Assembly: GCA_947458785.1 (NCBI GenBank)
Contig: CANGZU010000001.1
Span: forward strand, 4,269-68,268
Origin: Ignavibacteria bacterium
Lineage (GTDB): Bacteria > Bacteroidota > Ignavibacteria > Kapaibacteriales > Kapaibacteriaceae
DNA: 64,000 nucleotides
Direction: 5' to 3'
Positions 37,829 to 47,658 of the stretch are shown here, one piece after another. The position numbers were made by a program, and so were the translations under genes. The notes beneath the pieces are model-generated. The model worked only from the letters and a program-made list of their open reading frames with translations. It did not search any database and was not told the DNA's origin. The stretch's first letter is position 1, and each line of letters starts with the position of its first letter.

Positions 37829-40800
37829 ATGAGACTTGTTCTCGCCCTCCTCGTTCTTCCTGCTGTGCTCATCGCACAGCTTCTTCCCACGCCAAGTACA
37901 GAACAACTCGATATCGCATTTCGAGCGATGAAGTTTCGATGCATCGGCCCCTACCGAGCGGGTCGATCCCTGGCCGTTGCAGGGCACCCAGACCTGAAGT
38001 CGACTTACTACTTCGGAGCGACGGGAGGGGGCGTTTGGAAGTCGGAAGATGGTGGTGAGAACTGGCGATCAGTCTCTGACGCAACATTCGGATCTTCAAG
38101 TGTGGGGGCGATCACCATCGCCCCCTCCGATCCTAACGTTGTTTATGTAGGAATGGGCGAGACTGACATCCGGGGCAACATCTCGCCCGGCGATGGTATG
38201 TACAAGACCACTGATGGTGGCCATACGTGGAGGCACATCGGTCTGCGCGAAGCAACGATGGTAGCAGATATCGTTGTGGACCCCGAGGATGAGAACGTTG
38301 TGCTTGTCTCTGCGATGGGCAATGTCTTTTCAGCCAATGAAGAACGGGGCATCTACAAATCAACCAATGGCGGCGAAACATGGCGCAAGGTGCTCTATCG
38401 CAATGATAGCACCGGCGGCATGACGCTGAAGATGGACCCAAACAATCCACGCATCGTGTACGCTTCGCTTTGGCAGGCATACCGCAATGCATACAGCATG
38501 AGTAGTGGCGGCAAGGGCTCCGGTCTCTTCAAGAGTACGGATGGTGGAGAGACGTGGAGGGAAATCACGACGAATCCAGGAATGCCCAAGGGCATCCTCG
38601 GTAAGATCAATGTTGATGTTTCTCGCGCACAACGCAATCTTGTCTGGGCAATGATCGAAAGCGAGCACGGTGGTCTGTTCAAAAGTGTTGATGGAGGGTA
38701 TTCGTGGTCACGCGTGAGCACGTATGCCGAGATCCGTCAGCGTCCGTGGTACTTTAACCATGTCTATGCCGACCCGCTCGATGCCAACACTGTTTATGTA
38801 CTCAATGTTGGATGGCACAAGAGTACAGATGGCGGACGCACCTTTACTGGACTCGGTTCGAACCATGGCGACCATCACGACCTATGGATCGACCCAACTG
38901 ATCCTAAGCGCATGATCATCGGTGACGACGGAGGCGCTGTGGTTACAGAAGATGGCTGGAAGCACTGGACAGAGGACGACGTTGCAACTGCACAGTTCTA
39001 CCATGTGAGCGTTGACAACCATTTCCCCTACAGACTTTACGGCGCACAACAAGACAACACCACATGCTCTATTCCCCATCGTCTGATCGGGGGCTGGTCA
39101 ATCGGCAAGAACGACTGGTATCCAGTTGCAGGCTTCGAGAGCGGTTATGTTATTCCCCACCCAACGGACCCTGATATCACATTTGGCGGTAATTACTCAG
39201 GATACATCGGACGTAAATCCCTGAAGCTCAATCAGGAGCAAGACATTTCTGTCTACCCAGAGAACCCCATCGGCGAGGGATCTATCGATCGCAATGAGAG
39301 ATTCCAGTGGACCTTCCCGCTTATGTTTTCACCGCACGATAACAAGGTACTCTACACCACATCTCAGCACGTTTGGAAGAGCACAAACGAGGGTATGAGT
39401 TGGACGAAGATCAGTACTGATCTTACGAGAAACGATCCGTCGAAGCAGCAGCCCTCAGGAGGCCCGATCACAAAGGACAATACCGGCGTCGAGGTCTACA
39501 ACACCATCTTCACCTTCGCTGAGTCCCCCGTCAAGCAAGGCGTTCTCTGGACAGGAAGCGACTGCGGCTTGATACATGTGAGTACCGACAATGGCAACAC
39601 TTGGAAGAACGTTACTCCAAAGGGTCTGCCTGAATCACTGGTGAGTATGATCTCACCGTCGCCATTTGATGCAGGAACCGCTTATGCCGCAGTAAACCGC
39701 TATAAGCATGGCGACATGGCTCCATACATCTACAAGACAACAGACTACGGCGCCTCTTGGACGCTGATCACACAAGGCATCCCTGCAGGTGCATTTGCAC
39801 GCGTTGTTCGCGAAGACCCCTTCCGCAAAGGGCTGCTGTATGCGGGCACAGAACAAGGGATCTTCATTTCGTTCAATGCTGGAGCTACATGGAGCAGGTT
39901 CCGGCTGAACTTCCCAGTTACACCAGTTCACGACCTCGTCATACATCCAACGGAAAAGGATCTCGTGATCTGCACACACGGACGCTCTTTCTGGATCCTT
40001 GACGACCTGACACCACTGCACCAATACTCAGTCCCTTCCAAGAAGCTTCTTACGGCACATGCGCCACGTCACACCTATCGGGTGGCAGGGGGCTCATGGA
40101 GCGAACCAACAATGAACGTTGGGGAGAATGCACCATCTGGTGTGCAACTGTTCTACACCCTAACGGACACCACATCGAAGGAGCTGCGCATTACGATCCG
40201 AACCGAGCAGGGCGACAGTATCATAGCATACTCAAGCACAACAACTCCTAAGGGTGAACCGATTAAGATTGATCGCAATTTCCACGTCGACCCTCTCCAT
40301 CGTGCATCAGCGGAGGCACCAACGATGTACAGTGGTCTGAACAAGTTTAGATGGAACATGCGCTGGCCTGATGCCGAGGAGCTCGAGGGTGCACTCCTCT
40401 GGGGTGGCGGCACAGAGGGCCCGCTTGCTGCGCCCGGATGGTACAAGGCAACTTTCACACTTGGCGATCAATCAGAAACTGTTCCCTTTGAGATCCGCAT
40501 GGATCCGAGGCTCGATACGCCACGCGAAGATCTCGTTGCCCAGTTCGAACTTCACCAGCAGATCAACACGAAGCTCTCTGAGATCAACAAAGCAATCAAA
40601 CGTATTCGTGAAGTTCGCTCGATTGTTGCAAGTGTAAAGTCTAGCTGGTCAGACCTCGATTCTACCCAGACGAAGACTGTCGATACGCTTGCAAAGCATA
40701 TCAGCGATACGCTGACGTCGGTCGAGGATGCGCTGATCCAGACTAAGGCAAAGGCATTCCAGGATCTGCTGAACTATCCTGTAAAGCTCAACAACAAGAT

Positions 40801-41005
40801 CGCTTCACTTGCGAGCGTTGCTACAAGCGCAGACAGACGTCCGACCAAGCAGACGTACGATCTCTTCGATCAGCTCGCACGCGAGGCCGACACATACCTG
40901 CGGAAGTTGTATGATGTTGATGAGAAGCTTCTCATAGAACTCAACGCAAAGATCAAACAACTAGATCTTCCGATCATTCCGAAAAAGAAGCCTAGCAAGA
41001 AGTGA
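37829..41005 (+). CDS. BNR/Asp-box repeat (sortilin/VPS10-like) secreted glycosidase-like protein
   Basis: signal peptide; many S/TxDGGxTW Asp-box repeats; start refined to Met 37829. Confidence 0.7.
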   Translation: MRLVLALLVLPAVLIAQLLPTPSTEQLDIAFRAMKFRCIGPYRAGRSLAVAGHPDLKSTYYFGATGGGVWKSEDGGENWRSVSDATFGSSSVGAITIAPSDPNVVYVGMGETDIRGNISPGDGMYKTTDGGHTWRHIGLREATMVADIVVDPEDENVVLVSAMGNVFSANEERGIYKSTNGGETWRKVLYRNDSTGGMTLKMDPNNPRIVYASLWQAYRNAYSMSSGGKGSGLFKSTDGGETWREITTNPGMPKGILGKINVDVSRAQRNLVWAMIESEHGGLFKSVDGGYSWSRVSTYAEIRQRPWYFNHVYADPLDANTVYVLNVGWHKSTDGGRTFTGLGSNHGDHHDLWIDPTDPKRMIIGDDGGAVVTEDGWKHWTEDDVATAQFYHVSVDNHFPYRLYGAQQDNTTCSIPHRLIGGWSIGKNDWYPVAGFESGYVIPHPTDPDITFGGNYSGYIGRKSLKLNQEQDISVYPENPIGEGSIDRNERFQWTFPLMFSPHDNKVLYTTSQHVWKSTNEGMSWTKISTDLTRNDPSKQQPSGGPITKDNTGVEVYNTIFTFAESPVKQGVLWTGSDCGLIHVSTDNGNTWKNVTPKGLPESLVSMISPSPFDAGTAYAAVNRYKHGDMAPYIYKTTDYGASWTLITQGIPAGAFARVVREDPFRKGLLYAGTEQGIFISFNAGATWSRFRLNFPVTPVHDLVIHPTEKDLVICTHGRSFWILDDLTPLHQYSVPSKKLLTAHAPRHTYRVAGGSWSEPTMNVGENAPSGVQLFYTLTDTTSKELRITIRTEQGDSIIAYSSTTTPKGEPIKIDRNFHVDPLHRASAEAPTMYSGLNKFRWNMRWPDAEELEGALLWGGGTEGPLAAPGWYKATFTLGDQSETVPFEIRMDPRLDTPREDLVAQFELHQQINTKLSEINKAIKRIREVRSIVASVKSSWSDLDSTQTKTVDTLAKHISDTLTSVEDALIQTKAKAFQDLLNYPVKLNNKIASLASVATSADRRPTKQTYDLFDQLAREADTYLRKLYDVDEKLLIELNAKIKQLDLPIIPKKKPSKK

Positions 41006-41589
41006 AGCAACGTTCAGCACAGATCATCATCATCTGGCTTGCGGCCATCGTTGCCTCGATGTTGTGGCTCGACAAGCCCCTTGCCCTCTGGATTGAAAGC
41101 ACGCAGACGGATTTCAGTCGCATGCTTGGTCACTGGTTAGAGGAAGCCGGTAAAGCACACTGGATCTTAGGTTACTGCATCGTGATCACAGGTATAGCTT
41201 GGCGATCACGACGTGACGAGGCATACAATCACCTTCGTCTTTTTGGTGCTGTTGCAGCGTCGGGCATCATTGCGAACATCATCAAGGTCATCGCCTGTCG
41301 TCCACGTCCGCCACTGTTCATCGAACAGTCAATAACCGATTGGAATGTGCTTGGGTTCCAGATGGACTATATGTGGAATTCATTTCCGAGCGGACATGCT
41401 ACAACGGGGCTTGCCATAGCCGTTGCGGGTGCTGCTGCATATCCTCGTGCAAAGCATGCATTCTGGATTGTCGGCATAGCCATCGCGCTTGGACGCATCA
41501 TGCTCAACGTACACTACCTAAGTGATGTACTTACGGGAAGTCTCATAGGGGTGGTTGTGGCTGAGATACTAATAACTCTGAAACGCTGA
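41002..41589 (+). CDS. PAP2 family membrane phosphatase
   Basis: KxxxxxxRP...PSGH...SRxxxxxHxxxD PAP2 motifs (RPRPP, FPSGHAT, HYLSDV). Confidence 0.75.
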   Translation: MKQRSAQIIIIWLAAIVASMLWLDKPLALWIESTQTDFSRMLGHWLEEAGKAHWILGYCIVITGIAWRSRRDEAYNHLRLFGAVAASGIIANIIKVIACRPRPPLFIEQSITDWNVLGFQMDYMWNSFPSGHATTGLAIAVAGAAAYPRAKHAFWIVGIAIALGRIMLNVHYLSDVLTGSLIGVVVAEILITLKR

Positions 41590-41593
41590 AGTG

Positions 41594-42499
41594 TCAGCTT
41601 TTGTGTAGCCAATTATGATTGAGCGGGAACCCCATTCGCAGTGAGTCAATCATGTAGGTATCAATCAGATTCACTACAGTAGTTTTCCATGTGTTATTAG
41701 GTTCGATAACAGATAATAAATGATCAAGAAGAATAAGTGTATTGCTGATGCCTCGAATGCTCGAACTCATCTCGTTGACAAGATGCCGAGGTTTGGTACG
41801 TGGGATCTTCGCAGTAACCGTTAGCTCCCGGTTCCACAATCGACCATGATGTGCACAGATGTTTCGAACATATGTTAAGTGTTGCATCCAAGATGCTAGC
41901 ACATCATGATCTATTCCGAATGGCTTACTGATGAGGGATCGCGTTCGGTTGTCACGAAGATTCGCAAAGCATTTTGACAATAGTCCTAACGACAGCACTT
42001 CACAGACTGCCCATACGGGAGGTGTGGGATCAACGTACTTATCTCTGAAGTGCCTTACAAACAATTCATGAGAGCGGCTCAACTCTCGTTGCATCTCTGT
42101 GAGGTTTCTATCTCCATGCTGAAGATCCTTGAAAAGATGCGGTTTGAGATGAGCAAAAGGTCCATGCTCCATTCCCATGTGATGGGCCCACATAGAGCGC
42201 ATCGACACCTCGACCCGTTCTATCGCGGAAAGCACAAGCAATCGAAGTTCGCGATCAAACAGATAGTGATCAACGACTCGTTGAAAGTTCGTACCTGGCT
42301 TGAATCGATGTGTTTCATGATCCGCCTCGAAGGGCAGCCAGTAAGCACCAAGACGATAATAGTTTAGATGTCTTAGATAGTGCTCCGCTATAGACACGTC
42401 ATCGAAACACATCCCTCTGCGTTGAAGAATCTCAACCTGGTCAGTAATCGGCTTGGGGTCTTTTGAAAATGGAACTTTCACGGCGCAACTCTCTTCCAA
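41594..42499 (-). CDS. Abi_2 (AbiD/AbiF-like) abortive infection protein
   Basis: N-terminal KPITDQVEILQRRGM...YLRHLNYYRLGAYWLPFE pattern typical of the Abi_2 family; about 45% GC against about 56% flanks. Confidence 0.65.
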   Translation of the reverse strand: MEESCAVKVPFSKDPKPITDQVEILQRRGMCFDDVSIAEHYLRHLNYYRLGAYWLPFEADHETHRFKPGTNFQRVVDHYLFDRELRLLVLSAIERVEVSMRSMWAHHMGMEHGPFAHLKPHLFKDLQHGDRNLTEMQRELSRSHELFVRHFRDKYVDPTPPVWAVCEVLSLGLLSKCFANLRDNRTRSLISKPFGIDHDVLASWMQHLTYVRNICAHHGRLWNRELTVTAKIPRTKPRHLVNEMSSSIRGISNTLILLDHLLSVIEPNNTWKTTVVNLIDTYMIDSLRMGFPLNHNWLHKS

Positions 42500-42507
42500 A
42501 AAGAAGT

Positions 42508-42560
42508 AACCCGCCGATTTGAGGGTACACTAACGTGCATAGCCTTGGCGGGTTTTGTTG
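42508..42560. terminator. hairpin with T/A tracts on both sides (candidate bidirectional terminator after argH)
   Basis: AACCCGCC...GGCGGGTT stem followed by TTGTTG on plus and preceded by AAAAAGAAG (U-tract on minus). Confidence 0.4.
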
Positions 42561-42616
42561 TCACAAAACTACATTAGCCGCTACTGATATGCAACGAGCC
42601 CTCAATTCGGCACATC

Positions 42617-43909
42617 TTAGCTATGAACACCAAGCCTTCTGCGTAGCTCATCGAGCCCAGGATTTCCCACGCTGCCAAGCGCAGCCGTTGCATCTGCACC
42701 ACCATCATGACTGCTACGCATAGGTTTGCCCTCGGCTACTTGTTGCGCTACCTCCTTGTAGGCCTCGCGGAACGGCATGCCTTGACGTACCAGATCGTCC
42801 ACCCGATCAACACTGAACAACGCATCATACATTTCATTATCAAGTATGTCGATGCGCGGCATGATCATCGGCGTCACATGTTGCGCTACGCGCAGACACA
42901 GCCCGATCTCATCAATTGTGTGCACGATGCGATCTTTCGTGAACTGCATGTCACGGTGATAGCCAGATGGCAGGTTTGTGCAAATGAGCGTTATTTCTTG
43001 TGCAACAGACTGGAGTCTGTTGCAGCGCGCGCGCAGAACCTCGAATACATCGGGGTTCTTCTTGTGCGGCATGATGCTCGAGCCCGTCGTCAGTGAATCT
43101 GGCAGAGAAACAAAGGCAAAGTTCTGACTTACATAGTGCACGACATCAGATGCAAACCGCGCAAGTGTCGAGGCCACCTGTCCGATGGCAAGCGCTGCAA
43201 GTTTCTCCGTACGCCCGCGCGACATTTGTGCAAAGGTGCTTGTCACATGCACGCGATCAAAGTTCAGCGCCTCTGTTGTGCGAATTCTGTCAAGGGGCAA
43301 GCGAGTACCGTATCCAGCAGCACTACCGAGGGGGTTGGCATTGGCCGCATCAATCGCCATATCAAGCACACGCATATCCTCGATGAGGGCCTCCGCATAG
43401 CCCCCTAACCAAAGGGCAACACTTGATGGCATCGCAACTTGATAGTGCGTATATCCGGGTAAGAGAACTGTTGCATGACGTTCAGCATGGTCGATGAGCA
43501 GGCTGGCGAGTTCTCTCACCGCACCCTTAATCGCACGGAGTTCGTGACGCAGAAAAAGCTTAAGATCAACGAGAACCTGATCGTTTCTGCTACGACCAGT
43601 GTGAACCTTCTTTCCGACATCGCCGAGTTTCTCGGTAAGGATCATTTCAACCTGCGAATGAATGTCTTCGACTCCATCTTCAATGACAATGCCTTCTGTG
43701 TCAATTGTTGCAAGAAGCTCACTCAGCGCAGTAACAAGCTGCTGTGATTCTTCGTGTGGAATCAACCCTACGGCACCAAGCATTTCAGCATGAGCGATTG
43801 ATCCGACAACGTCCCACCGGGCAAGGCGCACATCAACCGTACGGTCATCGCCTACTGTAAACGACTCCATGATCGCATCGATTGGAGTTCCTTTATCCCA
43901 AAGCTTCAC
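42617..43909 (-). CDS. argH: argininosuccinate lyase
   Basis: fumarate-lyase signature GSSIMPHKKNPD. Confidence 0.9.
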   Translation of the reverse strand: MKLWDKGTPIDAIMESFTVGDDRTVDVRLARWDVVGSIAHAEMLGAVGLIPHEESQQLVTALSELLATIDTEGIVIEDGVEDIHSQVEMILTEKLGDVGKKVHTGRSRNDQVLVDLKLFLRHELRAIKGAVRELASLLIDHAERHATVLLPGYTHYQVAMPSSVALWLGGYAEALIEDMRVLDMAIDAANANPLGSAAGYGTRLPLDRIRTTEALNFDRVHVTSTFAQMSRGRTEKLAALAIGQVASTLARFASDVVHYVSQNFAFVSLPDSLTTGSSIMPHKKNPDVFEVLRARCNRLQSVAQEITLICTNLPSGYHRDMQFTKDRIVHTIDEIGLCLRVAQHVTPMIMPRIDILDNEMYDALFSVDRVDDLVRQGMPFREAYKEVAQQVAEGKPMRSSHDGGADATAALGSVGNPGLDELRRRLGVHS

Positions 43910-44973
43910 GATAGCCTCCGCATCATGGTGTCGAGTAGGTTAATCAATGTCGGAACAGAAGTTTCGAGTTCTTCAATGCCAATCCATTCATCAGGAGTAT
44001 GAGATCTCGATGAATGGCCAGGGCCGATCTTCAACGAAGGAACACCATATGGCAAGAGCGCTTGGTCTGACAACGTCGGACTGCCATACGTCCTAATGCC
44101 GAGTTCGAGTCCCGCCTTTACAAGTGGATGCTCTACCGGAATTGAGGACGACTGCAATCGCATGGATCGGGGCACAACATCACATTGCACGTGTTCACGA
44201 ATCACCTCAACGACCTCTTGATTTGTATAGGCATCGGTCACGCGCACATCCACAACAAAGTCGCAGCGATCGGGCACAACGTTATGCTGAGAGCCAGCAT
44301 TGATTTGCGTAACTGTCATCTTAACCTTACCGAGCTGCTCAGACACTCGATCAAACGCATACGTTTTGAACCATTCGATGTCCCGAAGTGCGTTTGTGAT
44401 GGCATTAATGCCCTCCTCCCGAGCAGCATGTCCTGTGCGTCCATGCGCAGTGCAATCCAGCACAACAAGCCCCTTCTCCGAAATCGCAAGCTCCATGGCT
44501 GTTGGCTCGCCAACAAGCGCGAGATCTATCGGATAGGAGTTCCAGAGCTGTCGCGTTAATGCGTCCATGCCGCCAGTGCCCGATACTTCTTCTTCGGCTG
44601 TTGCCGCAAAGACAAACTCAACCGGCAAATCAGTGTGTGATTGATAATGCAGAAAGGCGGCAAGCATCATCATCAGCGCCCCACCTGCATCGTTGCTGCC
44701 AAGGCCGTAGAGTCGGTCGTTTTCGATGGCAGCGCCAAACGGATCCTTCGTCCAGCCTTGGCCTGGACGGACAGTATCGTGATGTGAATTTAGCAGGACG
44801 CGCATCGCGCCTTGCTTGAACGAGCCAGCAAAACTCTTAGCAACAACGTTGTTGCCAATGCGCTGAACATGAAGATCGCGTTCATGTAGGTATTGCTCAA
44901 TGATATCGGCCGTAGCATGTTCTTCCCGAGAGAAGGACTGCGTTGCAATCAACTGACGTAGCAGGTCGATCAT
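43906..44973 (-). CDS. argE: M20 family N-acyl-ornithine deacylase (ArgE-like)
   Basis: M20 peptidase metal-binding pattern (HHDTV, GSNDAGG, EEE); position within the arg operon. Confidence 0.75.
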   Translation of the reverse strand: MIDLLRQLIATQSFSREEHATADIIEQYLHERDLHVQRIGNNVVAKSFAGSFKQGAMRVLLNSHHDTVRPGQGWTKDPFGAAIENDRLYGLGSNDAGGALMMMLAAFLHYQSHTDLPVEFVFAATAEEEVSGTGGMDALTRQLWNSYPIDLALVGEPTAMELAISEKGLVVLDCTAHGRTGHAAREEGINAITNALRDIEWFKTYAFDRVSEQLGKVKMTVTQINAGSQHNVVPDRCDFVVDVRVTDAYTNQEVVEVIREHVQCDVVPRSMRLQSSSIPVEHPLVKAGLELGIRTYGSPTLSDQALLPYGVPSLKIGPGHSSRSHTPDEWIGIEELETSVPTLINLLDTMMRRLS

Positions 44974-45734
44974 TGAATCACCGTCCCCTTTTGTGTGCCG
45001 AGATCTTCAGCATGCTGAATTCGGACCTTAATGCCAGCGCGTGCAGCATCCACAGCCATGGTAATCTTAGGGAGCATTCCTGCATGCAAGATTCCTTCGG
45101 CCACCAGCTCATCCACCTGATCGGCCTTGATTTCGGGAATCACTGATGATATGTCATCAACATCACGAAGAACACCATGCAAATCGAAAAGGTAGGCAAG
45201 CTCTACTGGTTCGGCTCCAGATGCAGCAAGAGCTTTTGCGATCTCAGCTGCAACCGTATCAGCATTTGTATTGAGTAGCTGCCCTTTGCCATCGTGGGTA
45301 ATGGGCGCAACGACCAGCGATACCCCCTGATGGAGAATCTCTTGCAGTCGTTGAGCATTCACGCTCACGACGTCACCAACAAATCCAAAGTCGACCTCTG
45401 GGTGCTCTCGGCGCTTGGCAGTGATCAGATTCATATCGGCGCCGCACACACCCAACGCGTCTAATGACAGGGCCTGCAGCCTTGCTATGATATCCTTGTT
45501 TATCAAGCCAGCATAAGTCATCGTCACAATGCGCAGCGTGTCAGCGTCGGTGATGCGCCGTCCACCCACCATCGCTTGAGGTATGTTCAATGCATGAGCT
45601 ATCTCCGTGGCTACTCTTCCGCCACCGTGAACAAGAATGAAGGGGGCCTGCAGTACTGCGCATGCACGAAGGACACGCTGCAGCATCTCTGCATCATCAA
45701 TGACGCCTCCTCCGATCTTGATCACGTGTATCAT
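44970..45734 (-). CDS. argB: acetylglutamate kinase
   Basis: VIKIGGG...LVHGGG amino-acid kinase motifs. Confidence 0.9.
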   Translation of the reverse strand: MIHVIKIGGGVIDDAEMLQRVLRACAVLQAPFILVHGGGRVATEIAHALNIPQAMVGGRRITDADTLRIVTMTYAGLINKDIIARLQALSLDALGVCGADMNLITAKRREHPEVDFGFVGDVVSVNAQRLQEILHQGVSLVVAPITHDGKGQLLNTNADTVAAEIAKALAASGAEPVELAYLFDLHGVLRDVDDISSVIPEIKADQVDELVAEGILHAGMLPKITMAVDAARAGIKVRIQHAEDLGTQKGTVIQ

Positions 45735-46690
45735 GCGAGCCCCTTGAGCATGTATGCGAGCACGGTCTGTGCCGATACGACACGATTGGCTGCTTGAGGG
45801 ATCACGATCGAGTTTGTACTGTCGATTACTTCGTCTGTGACGATCATATTTCTCCGCACAGGCAGACAGTGCATGAACTTTGCATTGTCCGTGAGAGCCA
45901 TCTTCTTAGTTGAAACAGTCCACGACGTATCCTGCGAGAGGATCTGTCCGTATGGCTCAACAGCCGACCAGTTCTTCGCATAAACGAAATGTGCACCTTT
46001 GAGCGCTGCATCCTGATCGTTTGTTACATGTACACCCTCAACAAAGGATGGATCAAGGTCGTAGCCCTCAGGGTGCGTTACAACAAGCTCAACATCTGCA
46101 TGCTTCATCCACTCCGTGAACGAGTTTGCAACAGCCTGTGGCAGAGCTTTGGGATGCGGTGCCCATGATAGAACCACTTTGGGACGCTGCGTTGTCTTGT
46201 GCTGTTCAATGGTGACGAGATCAGCGAAGCTTTGCAATGGGTGGCGCGTTGCACTCTCGAGGCTGATCACTGGAACGCCGCTGTGCTGAATGAACTTTTC
46301 AAGCACCGTTTCTTGATAGTCATACGTGCGGTCCGTTAGTCCGGCAAAGGTGCGCAGACCAAGGATGTCGCAGTAGGCTCCCATCACAGCCGCAGCCTCT
46401 TTGATGTGCTCGGTGGTGCTGCCGTTCATGATCACGCCGTCACGTGTTTCAAGTGTCCATGAATCACTGCCGGCGTTAAGAACAATCGTCTCGGCACCCA
46501 ACAGACTCGCCGCCTTTTGCGTGCTCATGCGCGTTCGCAGTGATGGGTTCATGAACAACAGGCCAACAGTCTTACGCTTTCCGAGGCACTCGTCTTTCCA
46601 AGGAGATTCGGCATAGGCCAGCGCATCGGTGATGGCCTGCGAAAGTCCGTAGCCATTGAGAAGATCGTGAACAGATGTAAACCGTTTCAT
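45731..46690 (-). CDS. N-acyl-L-ornithine carbamoyltransferase (ArgF', AOTCase/SOTCase family)
   Basis: NPSLRTR carbamoyl-phosphate motif and HCLP motif; Bacteroidetes-style operon context. Confidence 0.75.
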   Translation of the reverse strand: MKRFTSVHDLLNGYGLSQAITDALAYAESPWKDECLGKRKTVGLLFMNPSLRTRMSTQKAASLLGAETIVLNAGSDSWTLETRDGVIMNGSTTEHIKEAAAVMGAYCDILGLRTFAGLTDRTYDYQETVLEKFIQHSGVPVISLESATRHPLQSFADLVTIEQHKTTQRPKVVLSWAPHPKALPQAVANSFTEWMKHADVELVVTHPEGYDLDPSFVEGVHVTNDQDAALKGAHFVYAKNWSAVEPYGQILSQDTSWTVSTKKMALTDNAKFMHCLPVRRNMIVTDEVIDSTNSIVIPQAANRVVSAQTVLAYMLKGLA

Positions 46691-46698
46691 ATGCCTTG

Positions 46699-47658
46699 TT
46701 AGAATGCAGATGCTTTGGTGAGGAGTCCAGCCGTTTCATCAATGCCGAACATGATGTTCATATTCTGCACGGCCTGACCTGAAGCCCCCTTCATGAGGTT
46801 GTCGATCACAGAAACGATGAGCAGCGCTGACTCCGATGCAACGATACCTATGTGACACATATTGGTGTTGACCACGGACTTGACGTCTGGTTCTGCGTCA
46901 CGAACGACCACAAAGGGATGGCTCGCATAGTACACACGGTAGAGCTGCTCGAGCTGTTGCGCATCATATTCGCCAGGTATCACGCACGTCGTATAGATTC
47001 CGCGGCTAAATGGACCTCGCAAGGGGATGAAATTCAGACTCGCAACGCCAAGCGTCTGTTTGATCTCTGCTTCATGTTGATGCTGAAACACTCTGTAGGC
47101 ATTCACATTGCTGTATCGCCACGAAAAATGTGTCGTATCGATTGGCTGCTGCCCGGCTCCGGTAGAGCCAGTCATCGACTGCGCAATAATGTCTCCATGC
47201 AAAGCAGCAGACTCAGCTAGCGGCAAAAGGGCGAGCTCAACAGAGGTAGCAAGACATCCAGGATTAGCAACTCTAGTTGACGTCGACAACTGCTTACGAT
47301 ACTTCTCTGGCAATCCGTAAACAAATGGACTATCGGCACTCATTGCGCGGAAGTCCATGCTTAAGTCGATGACCTTCACTTGATCGGGCACGTCATGTAT
47401 GCTCATCCAGACACGACTCTTCCCATGCCCCATGCAGAGAAAAACCACATCCACGTTCTCGAATGAGGTCAACTCGCCAACAAAGGTCAAGTCTGTGTAT
47501 CCCCAAAGATCACTGTGTGCACTAGCAAGGGGCTTACCTGCATGCGAACTGCTCACGGCCGTGATTGTTGCAGCATTAACGAGCGGATGTTGCAGCAGCA
47601 GGCGTAGTGTTTCGCCTCCTGTATAGCCTGCTGCACCGATAACGGCGGCCTTGATCAT
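46699..47658 (-). CDS. argC: N-acetyl-gamma-glutamyl-phosphate reductase
   Basis: VIGAAGYTGGE N-terminus and catalytic Cys in PGCLATS. Confidence 0.9.
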   Translation of the reverse strand: MIKAAVIGAAGYTGGETLRLLLQHPLVNAATITAVSSSHAGKPLASAHSDLWGYTDLTFVGELTSFENVDVVFLCMGHGKSRVWMSIHDVPDQVKVIDLSMDFRAMSADSPFVYGLPEKYRKQLSTSTRVANPGCLATSVELALLPLAESAALHGDIIAQSMTGSTGAGQQPIDTTHFSWRYSNVNAYRVFQHQHEAEIKQTLGVASLNFIPLRGPFSRGIYTTCVIPGEYDAQQLEQLYRVYYASHPFVVVRDAEPDVKSVVNTNMCHIGIVASESALLIVSVIDNLMKGASGQAVQNMNIMFGIDETAGLLTKASAF

